This document shows positions 9,839 to 20,400 of a DNA stretch of 64,000 nucleotides, in pieces. Positions within the stretch are counted from its first letter, which is position 1; each line of letters begins with the position of its first letter. The notes beneath the pieces were generated by a model. It did no database searches and was not told where the DNA came from. It saw only the letters and a program-made list of their open reading frames with translations. Origin of the DNA: a virus; the UHGV virus genome UHGV-0371537; one strand, 5' to 3'. The position numbers and the translations under genes were made by a program.

Positions 9839-11788
9839 ATGATTTCTCAATTCAATCAACCACGCGGCTCCACTTCCATAGAAGTTAACAAACAATCTAT
9901 CGCTCGAAATTTCGGTGTCAAAGAAGACGAAGTCGTTTATTTCACTGCTGGTATTGATCTCAGTGGATTTAAAGTAATTTATAATGAGTCTACCCAACGG
10001 GCTTATTCTCTTCCTTCAGGTATTGTTTCAGGAACGACTGCTGTTAGTCTTAGTGCTAACGCTGTTCTTATGCACTCAGCTGGTTCTATAGACCTCGGAG
10101 AATTAGCCGTATCTCGTGAAGAATACGTTACATTGCCTGGGTCATTCACCTCGGGTGCTACGCTTAATGTTAAAAATGAATTGCTTACCCATACAACAGG
10201 CAAGTATCGCTGGGACGGGGAATTTCCTAAAACCGTTTCTGCAGGTTCTACCCCTGAATCTGCTGGTGGTGTTGGTCCTAGTGCGTGGGTTAGTGTTGGT
10301 GTTGCTTCTTTAAGAGCAGACCTGGAAAAACCAACAGGGGCAGGATTGATTGGATTTGGCTGTTCTCCATATATAAATAGAAATATTGGAGATGTTCTCC
10401 AGGATATACCAACGAACAAATATTTTGGTGCAAAGTGTGATGGCGTAACTGATGATACTGTAGCTAACCAAACTGCACTTGATTGGTCTGCTGACAATAA
10501 AAGAGATGTTATTTTTGTTGGAAAAAGCTGCATAACAAGCAGACTTGTACACAATTCAGGCTCCAGGGTAACACATCTTGGAGAGATCAAACCTCGTGAT
10601 TTTTCTGATGATGTTGTTATTGAGGTAAAGGACGATGCGTGGCGTGATCCTTACAATGATGGAATAACAGCAATCGATACTGGCGATAGAGTTCATATTG
10701 ATGGTCTATGTATTGCCCCTGACTCTGTAATAGATGCTGTTGGTATTCTTGGCACTGATGGAGTGGATCCGATCATATCAAGATTAAGAACATTCAACAT
10801 GAGAAGGGGAGGAATTAAGATTGTTAAGGGGTATGGATGGAACATATCAAACATTTCAATCATTGCACCTTTTGATCAAAATAACTCTCATGATTATGCA
10901 GGAATTAGGCATGAAACGTCAGATTCATTTTATTCTAGCGTTATAGTTTCAGGATATACTACTGGACTTGATATGCCTGGAAATGCTAATCAAGTATCAA
11001 AGGCCCACTGCTGGGGAATGTCATTACCAGATAGAACCACTCGTAATATGTTATTCGGCCTTAAAATGAGCGGTAGTGGTAATAACGTAGTGCAATTCTA
11101 TTCTGATTCTCCTAAAAAAATTGATAAAACACAAGCTGCAAGCATTACAAATGGTGGGATTGGCTATGTAATTTCTGGTTTTAACAACACATTTTTATCA
11201 CCTAGGAACCTATCTCATCAGGATTGTGGCTTGAAATATGGTAAGGTTTTTCTGATATCTGGTTCTGAGAATACCTTTATTAGCCCCTTAATAGGTGATT
11301 ATGACTACATTGAAGATGATGGATTTTTCACATTTACAGATTCGGCAAGCCCGCTAAACAACTATGTTTATGGTGGCAACATGCAATCTACATATTTGTA
11401 CCCAATTGCAAGTGGTAGCTATAAACCAACTGTAAACATCCCATGCACATACAGCTCTCAAATATATAACCATAATATCATTCAGAAAAATGTTATGGGA
11501 AGAGTTGTTATTACATGCAATATTACAAGTAATTCATCCGACGATCCATTCTATATACAACTGCCACCTTATCTATCAGCTGTATCTGGGATGGCAAGTG
11601 GATCAATAATTAACAACCTTACATCGTCAGTAAGAGCTGATAGCAACCTTTTTGCAGTCGAACCTTATGTTTCAAATGGTAAAATCTACTTCCGTAGATT
11701 ATTTAGATCTGGAGCTGCTGATGATATAAAGCAAAATATGCTTAACACAGGTAATGCTTTCTTTGATATATCAATAAATGCAAGATAA
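9839..11788 (+). CDS. tailspike protein, short form (TSP3-like)
   Basis: N-terminal anchor domain shared with the other three tailspike genes; 649 aa. Confidence 0.8.
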   Translation: MISQFNQPRGSTSIEVNKQSIARNFGVKEDEVVYFTAGIDLSGFKVIYNESTQRAYSLPSGIVSGTTAVSLSANAVLMHSAGSIDLGELAVSREEYVTLPGSFTSGATLNVKNELLTHTTGKYRWDGEFPKTVSAGSTPESAGGVGPSAWVSVGVASLRADLEKPTGAGLIGFGCSPYINRNIGDVLQDIPTNKYFGAKCDGVTDDTVANQTALDWSADNKRDVIFVGKSCITSRLVHNSGSRVTHLGEIKPRDFSDDVVIEVKDDAWRDPYNDGITAIDTGDRVHIDGLCIAPDSVIDAVGILGTDGVDPIISRLRTFNMRRGGIKIVKGYGWNISNISIIAPFDQNNSHDYAGIRHETSDSFYSSVIVSGYTTGLDMPGNANQVSKAHCWGMSLPDRTTRNMLFGLKMSGSGNNVVQFYSDSPKKIDKTQAASITNGGIGYVISGFNNTFLSPRNLSHQDCGLKYGKVFLISGSENTFISPLIGDYDYIEDDGFFTFTDSASPLNNYVYGGNMQSTYLYPIASGSYKPTVNIPCTYSSQIYNHNIIQKNVMGRVVITCNITSNSSDDPFYIQLPPYLSAVSGMASGSIINNLTSSVRADSNLFAVEPYVSNGKIYFRRLFRSGAADDIKQNMLNTGNAFFDISINAR

Positions 11789-11791
11789 ATA

Positions 11792-11822
11792 AGTAGAGCA
11801 GCAACATGATTGCTGCTCTACT
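11792..11822 (+). terminator. perfect 12-bp hairpin after the tailspike stop
   Basis: AGTAGAGCAGCA pairs with TGCTGCTCTACT around a 7-nt loop; weak T-tract. Confidence 0.4.
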
Positions 11823-11834
11823 TTCTCATACAAC

Positions 11835-11978
11835 CTAATTGAAGTTAGTGGGTATATTACAGGAGGTAAAATATTCTTTAGAAGGTTATTCAGAAGCGGC
11901 TCTCCTGTTGATGTTCAGATAACAGATCTGATAACAGGTTATGCATCAATAGACTTGAGCTTTACTTGCCAGCTATAA
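11835..11978 (+). pseudogene. vestigial C-terminal fragment of a tailspike gene
   Basis: Translates to EVSGYITGGKIFFRRLFRSGSPVDVQITDLITGYASIDLSFTCQL*, homologous to the last ~45 aa of the 9839-11788 tailspike (core GKI(F/Y)FRRLFRSG 11 of 12 identical) but divergent at DNA level; no start codon. Confidence 0.6.
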
Positions 11979-11983
11979 ACAAA

Positions 11984-12010
11984 AACCCCGCTTCGGCGGG
12001 GTTAGTTTTA
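11984..12010 (+). terminator. rho-independent terminator (AACCCCGC-TTCG-GCGGGGTT)
   Basis: 8-bp GC-rich stem with TTCG loop followed by T-rich tail. Confidence 0.7.
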
Positions 12011-12278
12011 TCATCAGAATGGTATTGAATCACTGTTGGTAATAGTAGGCTCATTGCCTCTTGGTTGGTTTGGATGCTGTTCAGTATAACCGGTTCCAAC
12101 CAAACCAATGAGGCAGTGGGTAAGGGGGGTTTTTGTTGTACCCCAAACAATTCATTAGGTAGACTGTTTTAGTCAATTACGACTTAACTAACCTGAGAAA
12201 ATCCCTATGGGAAATGAACCAGATAACGTAACTCTAGCCAGACTCGAAGAGAGACTGAGAAACATTTTCGAAAACCAA

Positions 12279-12305
12279 AACCCCGCTTCGGCGGGGTTCT
12301 TATTA
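12279..12305 (+). terminator. rho-independent terminator, second exact copy
   Basis: Identical 20-mer AACCCCGCTTCGGCGGGGTT followed by CTTATTAT. Confidence 0.7.
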
Positions 12306-12336
12306 TATCCATGTTCATAAATTTTATTAGTTCAGG

Positions 12337-12373
12337 CTAAATACCCCATATTGGCAAATCCTCTATGGGGTAT
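12337..12373 (+). promoter_or_regulatory. late-promoter-like CTAAATA plus 9-bp hairpin covering the SD region
   Basis: ATACCCCAT (12341-12349) pairs with ATGGGGTAT (12365-12373); ATG 12380. Confidence 0.5.
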
Positions 12374-12379
12374 CTTCAA

Positions 12380-15022
12380 ATGACCAGAAACGTCGAGAGC
12401 ATCTTTGGAGCGGTCGTAACAGCTCCGCACCAGATTCCATACACTTACACAGCAACGGGCGGAGAGAAGTTTATCTCCCTCCCGTTCTATCCTGTTACGG
12501 GCTTCATCACCATCAATGGGGGTGTTCAGGTTCCGACAGACAATTTCGAAATCGATGGTAACACTGTCAACCTGGGTCGAGCACTTGAGACCGGGGATGT
12601 TGTGTATTGCTTGTTTGACAAGATCCTGTCTCCAGAAGATTATGAAAACGGGATCCGCATCTACAAGTTCCAGACCGTTGGTAACGAGACCTCATTCACC
12701 CCAGACTTCACGACATATGGTGTGCAGTCTCTGTATGTTGACGGGAAGTTCCAGGTGCCGGACGTCAACTACACGTATTCCCCAACCAATGGTGTCGTTA
12801 ATTTCCTGACTGGATCTCCGGCGGCTGGTGTTTGGGTTGTTGCAGAAATGTCTGTGAAGCAGCCAAACATTTCCCCTCTCTTCGATAGAACAATTCAAGA
12901 AGTGGCCAGATCTGCGAAAGTTAAGGACTCGGATGTTGTTATCGCTGTATCCGGTGCTTCACTTTCTTCCAAGAAAGTCATCTTTGATAAAACTGCGCAA
13001 AGATGGTACTCGCTGTCAACCGGGTTGACTTCCACGGTGGTCAGTTTGGTTGATGGAATCCTCACTCACTCTTCAGGTACTGTTGATTTAGGTGCGCTGG
13101 CGGTTACTCGTGGCGAATATTTCACCATGTCTGAAACCTTCACAACCGGGTTCACAATCAGAGTGAAGAATGAGATCGTCAGCGACGGAACATATCTTTA
13201 TCGCTGGGCTGGTAGTTTGCCAAAAGTTGTTTCCGCTGGAACAACCGTGGACAACACCGGGGGTGTGAGTGCGAGTGCCTGGGTGAGATCAGATCAAAGA
13301 ACCATCAGCACCGTCAAGAGACAACTACAGCAATCCTACACGATGGCAGAATTAGTGGCCAAAACTGACATACAGTTGGGCGACTCTTTCCTTTGCTCGG
13401 ACAGGGCATATGGTGTTTATGACGTCGTTTCTTCGGTGGCTTACCCACCAAATGGTTATTCGAACGTAGTCAGCACAGTGAACTCCGGTTTGGTGTTCAG
13501 ACTGCGTGTGGTTGCTAACACAATCGATTTGGAGCAAATTGGTGGTAAGCCTCTCATCTGGGGAACCCAAGAAATCGACTGTAAACAGGCGTTGCAGGAA
13601 GCTTTCTATCTCTTGCTCGACTCCGAGAGCGCGACGGTTGATCTGAAGTCCAACAAATGGTTGCTGTCATCTTATGTGTTCAACGACGTCAAACAGCGCC
13701 GGAAAATTGTTGGTAACAACGCCATTATCTATGGGATGCCAGATGACGGTGTGACCAACTATGATTACCTGGTGAGTACTGCATGGAACTACCAAGACAT
13801 CGAAGGTGTTACGTTCGACTGTCAGTGGAACCCTCGTTATGCATGCTGTCTCCGTATCACTCATGGGTACGGACGATACGATGGCCTGACGATTCGTAAA
13901 GCTCGTTGCGCCATTCAGGTTGGTAAGAGCGAGGAAAGCCGGGTCAGCCTCAGCGAATTCATGTTCACACAACTTCGCACTGAAGAATGTGCGAAAGTCG
14001 CAATTGTTCACGGGCTTTATTCTGTGCTTAACATCAGCGATTCCATCGTGGCTTGCGGCGAGGGCGCTTTCTGGAAAACATATGACTGTACCGGGTTCAC
14101 CATCTATGGTGGTCGCGTATTCCTGATGAAATGTGGGGGCAACAGCAACGTCATCAACTTAGACAACCCTTATGTCTATTGCGCAAATACCACGGTTGCA
14201 GGCGCTCCATATATCGGTTCGTTCAACGCAGTGCAGTGCGACTTTGAATTCAGGACTCGCTTCTGCATCGTGAACGATACGACGACAGTTTATCAAGATT
14301 ACAACCAAGCAGTTGTTCTTGATTCTTGCCGAATTGGTGTATTCGCCAGCCTGGACTCTCGTGCGTTGAATTTCTTTGAAAGTAACGTCGGATACCGTGG
14401 GCAGCTCCGGATTAAGAACACAGATCTTCTGTTCGACACCACCGTGTCTCTGCCGCCGATCAAAGCTGGTGGGCATACCATCGTGGATATTGATTATGAT
14501 TCGATCTACATTCCTAACTTCAGGGGTCCAAAGATGGTCAGCTTCGCTGGTTATCCTCCGGTTCTTCCAGTCGGGATTGTGTTCCAGAACAACGTTGGGG
14601 CTGACACTCCTCTTTCTGGTAACCAGTTTGTGAACTTTTCTAACCCGATCATTGGCTTGGATTCTGATTCCTCTCTGCTTAGCAGCAACTGGAACTCGTC
14701 CACCAAGAAATTCGAATTGCCTCCTGGTGGCTTGAGTGATGTTACCGTCACTGTACGTCTGACATTGAAAGATCCTGCCACCGCCCCGGTGACAGCGTTG
14801 GTGGAATACAACAACGGCACAGCGATTGGACTTGCATTCGGGACAATCCCGGTTGGATCCAAAGATCTTTTGATCACTGGCAGGATCCGGGATCTTCGAG
14901 ATACAGCCCAGATATATTGTATCACGAGTTCTACAGCGGCGTACACCCTCAGCAATACCGGGGCATATGACTCTACTATGACAATTGAGGCCAGCATTCG
15001 GCCTCCGAAGACTAAAAGTTAA
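12380..15022 (+). CDS. tailspike protein, long form (TSP2-like)
   Basis: Internal anchor domain (VTRGEYFTM, VKNEIVSDGTYLYRW); track start ATG 12365 lies in the 3-prime arm of the promoter-proximal hairpin, ATG 12380 is in frame 15 nt downstream. Confidence 0.75.
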   Translation: MTRNVESIFGAVVTAPHQIPYTYTATGGEKFISLPFYPVTGFITINGGVQVPTDNFEIDGNTVNLGRALETGDVVYCLFDKILSPEDYENGIRIYKFQTVGNETSFTPDFTTYGVQSLYVDGKFQVPDVNYTYSPTNGVVNFLTGSPAAGVWVVAEMSVKQPNISPLFDRTIQEVARSAKVKDSDVVIAVSGASLSSKKVIFDKTAQRWYSLSTGLTSTVVSLVDGILTHSSGTVDLGALAVTRGEYFTMSETFTTGFTIRVKNEIVSDGTYLYRWAGSLPKVVSAGTTVDNTGGVSASAWVRSDQRTISTVKRQLQQSYTMAELVAKTDIQLGDSFLCSDRAYGVYDVVSSVAYPPNGYSNVVSTVNSGLVFRLRVVANTIDLEQIGGKPLIWGTQEIDCKQALQEAFYLLLDSESATVDLKSNKWLLSSYVFNDVKQRRKIVGNNAIIYGMPDDGVTNYDYLVSTAWNYQDIEGVTFDCQWNPRYACCLRITHGYGRYDGLTIRKARCAIQVGKSEESRVSLSEFMFTQLRTEECAKVAIVHGLYSVLNISDSIVACGEGAFWKTYDCTGFTIYGGRVFLMKCGGNSNVINLDNPYVYCANTTVAGAPYIGSFNAVQCDFEFRTRFCIVNDTTTVYQDYNQAVVLDSCRIGVFASLDSRALNFFESNVGYRGQLRIKNTDLLFDTTVSLPPIKAGGHTIVDIDYDSIYIPNFRGPKMVSFAGYPPVLPVGIVFQNNVGADTPLSGNQFVNFSNPIIGLDSDSSLLSSNWNSSTKKFELPPGGLSDVTVTVRLTLKDPATAPVTALVEYNNGTAIGLAFGTIPVGSKDLLITGRIRDLRDTAQIYCITSSTAAYTLSNTGAYDSTMTIEASIRPPKTKS

Positions 15023-15030
15023 TTAACACA

Positions 15031-15050
15031 AGCCCTCTTCGGAGGGCTTT
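15031..15050 (+). terminator. rho-independent terminator between tailspike genes
   Basis: AGCCCTC-TTCG-GAGGGCT followed by TTTAACAT. Confidence 0.6.
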
Positions 15051-15079
15051 AACATGACTAAAACAACAGGAGATTCGTT

Positions 15080-17347
15080 ATGAATCCGCAATTTTCACAG
15101 CCGAAAGGCGCTGTCTCCAAAGAGACAAACAAAGACTCTATTGCACGCAAATTCGGTTGCAAGAAGTCTGAGGTTCTGTATGCCAAGACGGGCGCTGCCC
15201 TGACCGGTTACAAGGTGATCTATGATAAGGTCACTCAGCGCTCCTATGCTCTGCCTTCTAACCTGCCCGCTGGCGCTACCATCACCAGCTTGGCAGATGG
15301 TGTTCTTGTACATTCTGGCGGCACTGTAGACCTCGGAGCACTCGCTGTACTTCGGGAAGAGTTCGTAACTCTGGTTGAGAATTTCACTTCCGGGTTTACG
15401 ATTCGGGTCAAGAATGAAGTCGTGAGTGATGGAACGTACCTGTATCGTTGGGGTGGTTCGTTACCAAAGACCGTCAATGCTTCATCAACTGTTGCTGGGA
15501 CGGGTGGGATTTCTCCTAGTGCTTGGGTGGGCGTGGGAAACACTTCATTTTTGGGTGTTGACGGCGCAACATTAGTGGGGTATCAAAACCCTCGTTCAAC
15601 TGTGAACGAAACAATAAAATCCGCTCTTGATAAAATAAACATGAAAGTTATCTTTGCGGCGGATTGGGGTGTTAAAACTGATTCGTCTGATAACCAGGAT
15701 TCTTTGTGGTCCTTGGGTCAATATCTCTCTGCGTCTACGGAACCGCTGTACGTTGTATTTCCTAGGGGGATAAGTTTGGTCGGGTCACAGCAGTTTGCCG
15801 GGGCGTCTTCGCAAGGATATTCTTATCGACCCAACTATTTACGCCGCTCATGGGCGGACTTGTCCGCCGCTGGTTGGTTTTCCATCAGTGAGACTAATCA
15901 AAAGATCGTCTTAGACATGACCGGGTGGACTTTAAAACTGAACTCTGGATTCAAGCTCGGTTCATTTGATCCGATAACCGGAAATCCCGCACCCGATTCT
16001 CCATCAGAAGATTTAAATTTTATGGCGTCTTCTGGGTATATGATTAAGCTGTATCTCGCACCAAATGTGGAAATTTTGAATGGAACCACTGATGGTAACT
16101 TAACAGGTGCTATTTGGGGTGGTACTTATGGTCCAGCAGGGTATCAAGTCCCAGCATACAATATGTGGATTAATCAATCTGAAGGCGTTTACATATCTCG
16201 GCATACTTTTAAAAACTCTGCCGTTGACGGATTGTATCTTCAAGCCACAGGGAATAGAAATTTCCTAGACATTATCCCCAAAACCATTATCGACAACTGC
16301 ATCATAACAGACTGCGGTCGTAATTGTTATTCTCTCACTGGGGCTGCAAATGTTGAGATGAGAAACATCATTATAACCCGATCGGGTTCAAAGGCCAATG
16401 GCATTTCTACGCACGCAAGTGATCCGCAAGCAGGGGTGGACATTGAAGCGGAAGGTGGCAACCCATATAACATAACCTTCATTAATCCTAAGATCGTTGA
16501 TTGTGCTAAGAACGCTCTTATGACCGTGTCGGTGCCAGGAACTGTCAACGATGTGACTGTAGATGGAGGGGTTATTCACAGTTATTCAGAATTGGGCGCT
16601 GTGTTTAATTCAGGAAACTCTCGTAACATTAAATTCAAAAACGCCACTATAATTGGTGGGGTAATTGATTCTAAAAGCCCTGCAGAAATGGGTTTGGAAT
16701 GTTATTCATTCGAAAACTGCACGTTTGCAAACAGATATGGTAACACCTATGCAATGAATTATCTACTTTCTTTCCGAGTTAGTAAATTTGTTGGTAATAC
16801 CATTGATTTTAATATCCCCACCACTGGGGTAACAGCTCCGACCATCGTTATCAATGATCAAGATGGGGTTGCTAACGGTTACTCGTTAGAACGCTGTAAA
16901 CAGAATCGTATTATCCTGACCGGAAATGCTGCTAATATCACCTATGCCAACGGATTGGGGGGATTTAACTTTTTCCGCAATGCTGAAGTGTTTGTTGAAG
17001 CAGGGGGCATGACGGGAACAACGAAGATGTTGGTAGACACATGTTCTGCAGCGCCTGGAGGCATGCTTACAAATTCTGCTAACTTCAACTTTGGTGTCAC
17101 CATGACTAAAGATACAAGTCGGAATTTATGGTATGCTGCTAAACAATCTTATGTGGGTAGCGTACTGACAGCGGCTCCCACGGCGGCAGGCTCCCAGAAT
17201 GGAAGCCTGGATTTAGGGAGCGTGAATGGAAGATTTCGGACTGGATATTTCGATTCTGGGGTGATTGTCAGGGACGGAGTAACTGGTACGCATTATAGAG
17301 TGCGAGTTACCAGCGGTTCTCTGAATATTGTGGCGGATGAAAATTAA
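15080..17347 (+). CDS. tailspike protein, short form (TSP1-like)
   Basis: N-terminal anchor domain (VLREEFVTL, VKNEVVSDGTYLYRW); AGGAG SD; terminator upstream at 15031. Confidence 0.8.
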   Translation: MNPQFSQPKGAVSKETNKDSIARKFGCKKSEVLYAKTGAALTGYKVIYDKVTQRSYALPSNLPAGATITSLADGVLVHSGGTVDLGALAVLREEFVTLVENFTSGFTIRVKNEVVSDGTYLYRWGGSLPKTVNASSTVAGTGGISPSAWVGVGNTSFLGVDGATLVGYQNPRSTVNETIKSALDKINMKVIFAADWGVKTDSSDNQDSLWSLGQYLSASTEPLYVVFPRGISLVGSQQFAGASSQGYSYRPNYLRRSWADLSAAGWFSISETNQKIVLDMTGWTLKLNSGFKLGSFDPITGNPAPDSPSEDLNFMASSGYMIKLYLAPNVEILNGTTDGNLTGAIWGGTYGPAGYQVPAYNMWINQSEGVYISRHTFKNSAVDGLYLQATGNRNFLDIIPKTIIDNCIITDCGRNCYSLTGAANVEMRNIIITRSGSKANGISTHASDPQAGVDIEAEGGNPYNITFINPKIVDCAKNALMTVSVPGTVNDVTVDGGVIHSYSELGAVFNSGNSRNIKFKNATIIGGVIDSKSPAEMGLECYSFENCTFANRYGNTYAMNYLLSFRVSKFVGNTIDFNIPTTGVTAPTIVINDQDGVANGYSLERCKQNRIILTGNAANITYANGLGGFNFFRNAEVFVEAGGMTGTTKMLVDTCSAAPGGMLTNSANFNFGVTMTKDTSRNLWYAAKQSYVGSVLTAAPTAAGSQNGSLDLGSVNGRFRTGYFDSGVIVRDGVTGTHYRVRVTSGSLNIVADEN

Positions 17348-17393
17348 ATGTGCTTAAGTTTTAGTTTAAGCTGATACCGTGACAACTGTAATA

Positions 17394-17424
17394 AAGCCCC
17401 TGAGTATGAGGGGCTTATTTCTTT
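17394..17424 (+). terminator. rho-independent terminator after the last tailspike gene
   Basis: AAGCCCC...GGGGCTT followed by ATTTCTTT. Confidence 0.65.
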
Positions 17425-17446
17425 CTAATCCTCGGTTGGCTGTATA

Positions 17447-17453
17447 CTAAATA
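17447..17453 (+). promoter_or_regulatory. late-promoter-like CTAAATA motif upstream of the 1612-aa gene
   Basis: CTAAATA 35 nt upstream of ATG 17488, downstream of terminator 17394-17424. Confidence 0.4.
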
Positions 17454-17487
17454 TCTCTATAATGACACCTATCGATGGAGCATCAAA

Positions 17488-20400
17488 ATGCAAGAAATGA
17501 ATCTAAACCGTCGCCCATACTGGGATGACTGGAACCCTGAGAAGCGTTTTTCGCGCATCTTATTCCGTCCGGCTCCGATCAAAGTACAGACGCGCGAACT
17601 GAACCAGATGCAGACCATCTTCCAGGATCAGCTGGAGAAACTCGGGAATCATCTGTTCAAAGATGGCTCAATGGTTATCCCCGGTGGCCTGACGATCACC
17701 AACACAGCCGTATCGATGAAGTTCACTCTGGCTGGTGGCACTGAATTCACCGACCTTGAGAACATCGCAGAACTGTATGTTCTGGGTAAAGACAACAACG
17801 CCAAGGCGCGCGTACTGTCCCTGGAGCGCTATGTTTCGGAACCAGACACGATGTATGCCATCCTGGAGATGACAGAGAGCGGTTCATCTGACGGCTTTGG
17901 TGTCGGAGACAATCTGTACTTCAACACGTACGACGTGAACGATAACTTCATCCGTATCGGTTATGGCGTTGCTGCGACTGTCGGCGGTTCTATTGTCGCA
18001 CGTATGACCAAAGGCGTTTACTTCGTCCGTGGCATGTTCCTGGACGTTGAGCCAGCGACTCTGATCGTCGACAACGCATCCAACTCTACTTCACACCGTG
18101 TGGGGTTCAAAGTAACAGAGACCATCGTTACTGAAGTAGAAGACGAAAGTCTGTTCTCAAATGCTCAGGGGACTCCGAACTCTAAAGCCCCCGGCGCGCA
18201 CCGCTTCCGCGTGGATCTGGTGCTGTCTCGCTTCGGTTATGACGAAGAAGTGTCCGACTTCGTTGAACTGGCGAAAGTCAAAGACGGGCGCATTCAGTCC
18301 ATGGTGACCCAGTCCACTTACAACATCCTCGAAGACAGTATGGCTCAGCGCACCTATGAGACCAACGGGGATTACAACGTCTCCACTCATCAGATCGACC
18401 TGCGCGAACACCTGAAAGAGAACAACAACGGCGGCGTTTACACTCCGGGCGAAGGTGGTGATGCAAGCAAATTCGTGGCTGTCATGAAGCCGGGGATCTC
18501 CTATGTTCGTGGTCGTCGTATCGAGAACCTGGGCGAAGAACTGGTCACCATTGACAAGGCGCGGGACACCGATATCCTGAACAACAACCCTGTGGCTGTG
18601 GCGACGGGCAATTACCTCGTGTCCAAGAACTCCAAAGGGGTTCCAGTTATCTCTCGCACGATCCGTTACAAGTTCCTGAACGCCTCAAGCGCGACTCAGG
18701 CCACAGCACTGCTGATTTCAGCGGAGCGCTCTGGCGCCGAATTCCGTCTGTACATGCGTGATCTGGTTGTGACCGGAGATATGGGTACTGTCACCAAAGT
18801 TGCATACGAAGAAAGCGGTACAACAATGTTCTCTTGCGACCTGGAATCTAACCAGTTCAGCCAGAGTTCGGCGATTGACCTGATCTTCCCTCTGCCTGTG
18901 TTTGGGGTGAAGACCCTGGCACCTACTGGCACCATCGATATCAACTACACTGTCCTGCGTTCTAACAAAATCACGTTGAACGCTGCTGGTGCTGGCTCCA
19001 TCTCTGCTCCTTTGGGTTACAGCTTCAGCCCCGAATTCTCTCTGTATTCGGCGGCGAAGGCAGATGGAACTGCGGCTCAGTTCGATATCTCCTCCGGCCT
19101 GTCCCTGACGGGTACGCCAGTGGGTTCCGCTCTGCAGATCTCGCTGGGTGCTGGCTATGCCAACCAGTCCATCAACCTTCTGGCTCTGATGGTGCGCACC
19201 ACAGCAACGATCAAGACCAAGACTGCCACTGAAGTTACCGAGACTGTGACGTTCACGGCTGCGACCAGTGTGCAGCTTGGGAACCATGATGGGTACAAGC
19301 TGATCAGCGTGAAGAACGCAAGTGGTGCTGACGTCACTTCTAACTTCACTCTGGATGGTGGTCAGCGTGATGCTGCGTACTATCGTTCTAACCTGTTATC
19401 GGGCACTGGAGCCATTTCAGGGACGTTCACGGTGGTGTATCAGTATTTCGCTCACAGCTCTGGTGATTTCTTCACAGCGGATTCCTATTCCTCCATCGAT
19501 TACCCAGACATCCCGAACTATGTTTCATCCAGTTCCGGTACTGTGTATGGTCTGGCCGACAGCCTGGACTTCCGTCCTAAGATCACCGGCGGCGCTTCCG
19601 ACACCGACATGGTTCGCCCGAACACTGCTATCGTTCTGGATGCAGAGTATTATCTTCCGCGCATCGATGCTGTGTATCTGGCCGACAACGGCGTGTTCAA
19701 CGTTGCGCGTGGTGTGAGTTCCAACAACCTGGCTTCGCCTGCGATCCCAGACAACGGCATGCGTCTGTACGAATTGATGATCCCACCTTACACAGCGAAC
19801 ATCGACGACATTCAGATTCGTACCATCGACAACCGCCGTTACACGATGCGCGACATCGGTAAACTGGAGACCCGCATCTCCAACGTTGAGTATTACACCT
19901 CACTGTCTCAGCTGGAATCTTCAGCGATGACTCAGCAGGTGTTCGACCCAATTACTGGCAACCCGCGCTTCAAAAACGGCATCGCCGCTGATCCGTTCAA
20001 AGACTTCCGTCTGATTGACGACCTGTCTGCAGACTGGGTGGGTTCAATTGATACTGACAATGGACGCCTGCGCCCGTTTGTCCAGCAGAACGCGATTGAC
20101 CTGACGCCAGTCGGCTGGAACAATGTCCAGGACGGCATGGTCGTGTGTAACTACACCCGCGAGATCTCTGTACGCCAGGATTATGCGACCACGACTATCA
20201 ACGTGAACCCGTATGCAGTGTTCAACTGGGAAGGTTTCCTGAAACTCAACCCAACTACCGACTACTGGTTCGAGAACTACTATGTTGCTCCACGTGTGAT
20301 CAACGAAACGATCAACACACGCGGCGCGATCAAAGAAGGTTCTGTGTATGGCACATGGCGTACTGTGTCAGTGTCTGAACGTGTGTGGGAACCGCATGGT

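Noticed and set aside
11962-12150. Minus-strand 62-aa ORF in the tailspike intergenic region
   Set aside because: Overlaps the terminator at 11984-12010 and the tailspike remnant; no RBS.
12207-12320. 37-codon ORF in the tailspike intergenic region
   Set aside because: Runs straight through the terminator hairpin at 12279-12305 and has a weak RBS; likely spurious.
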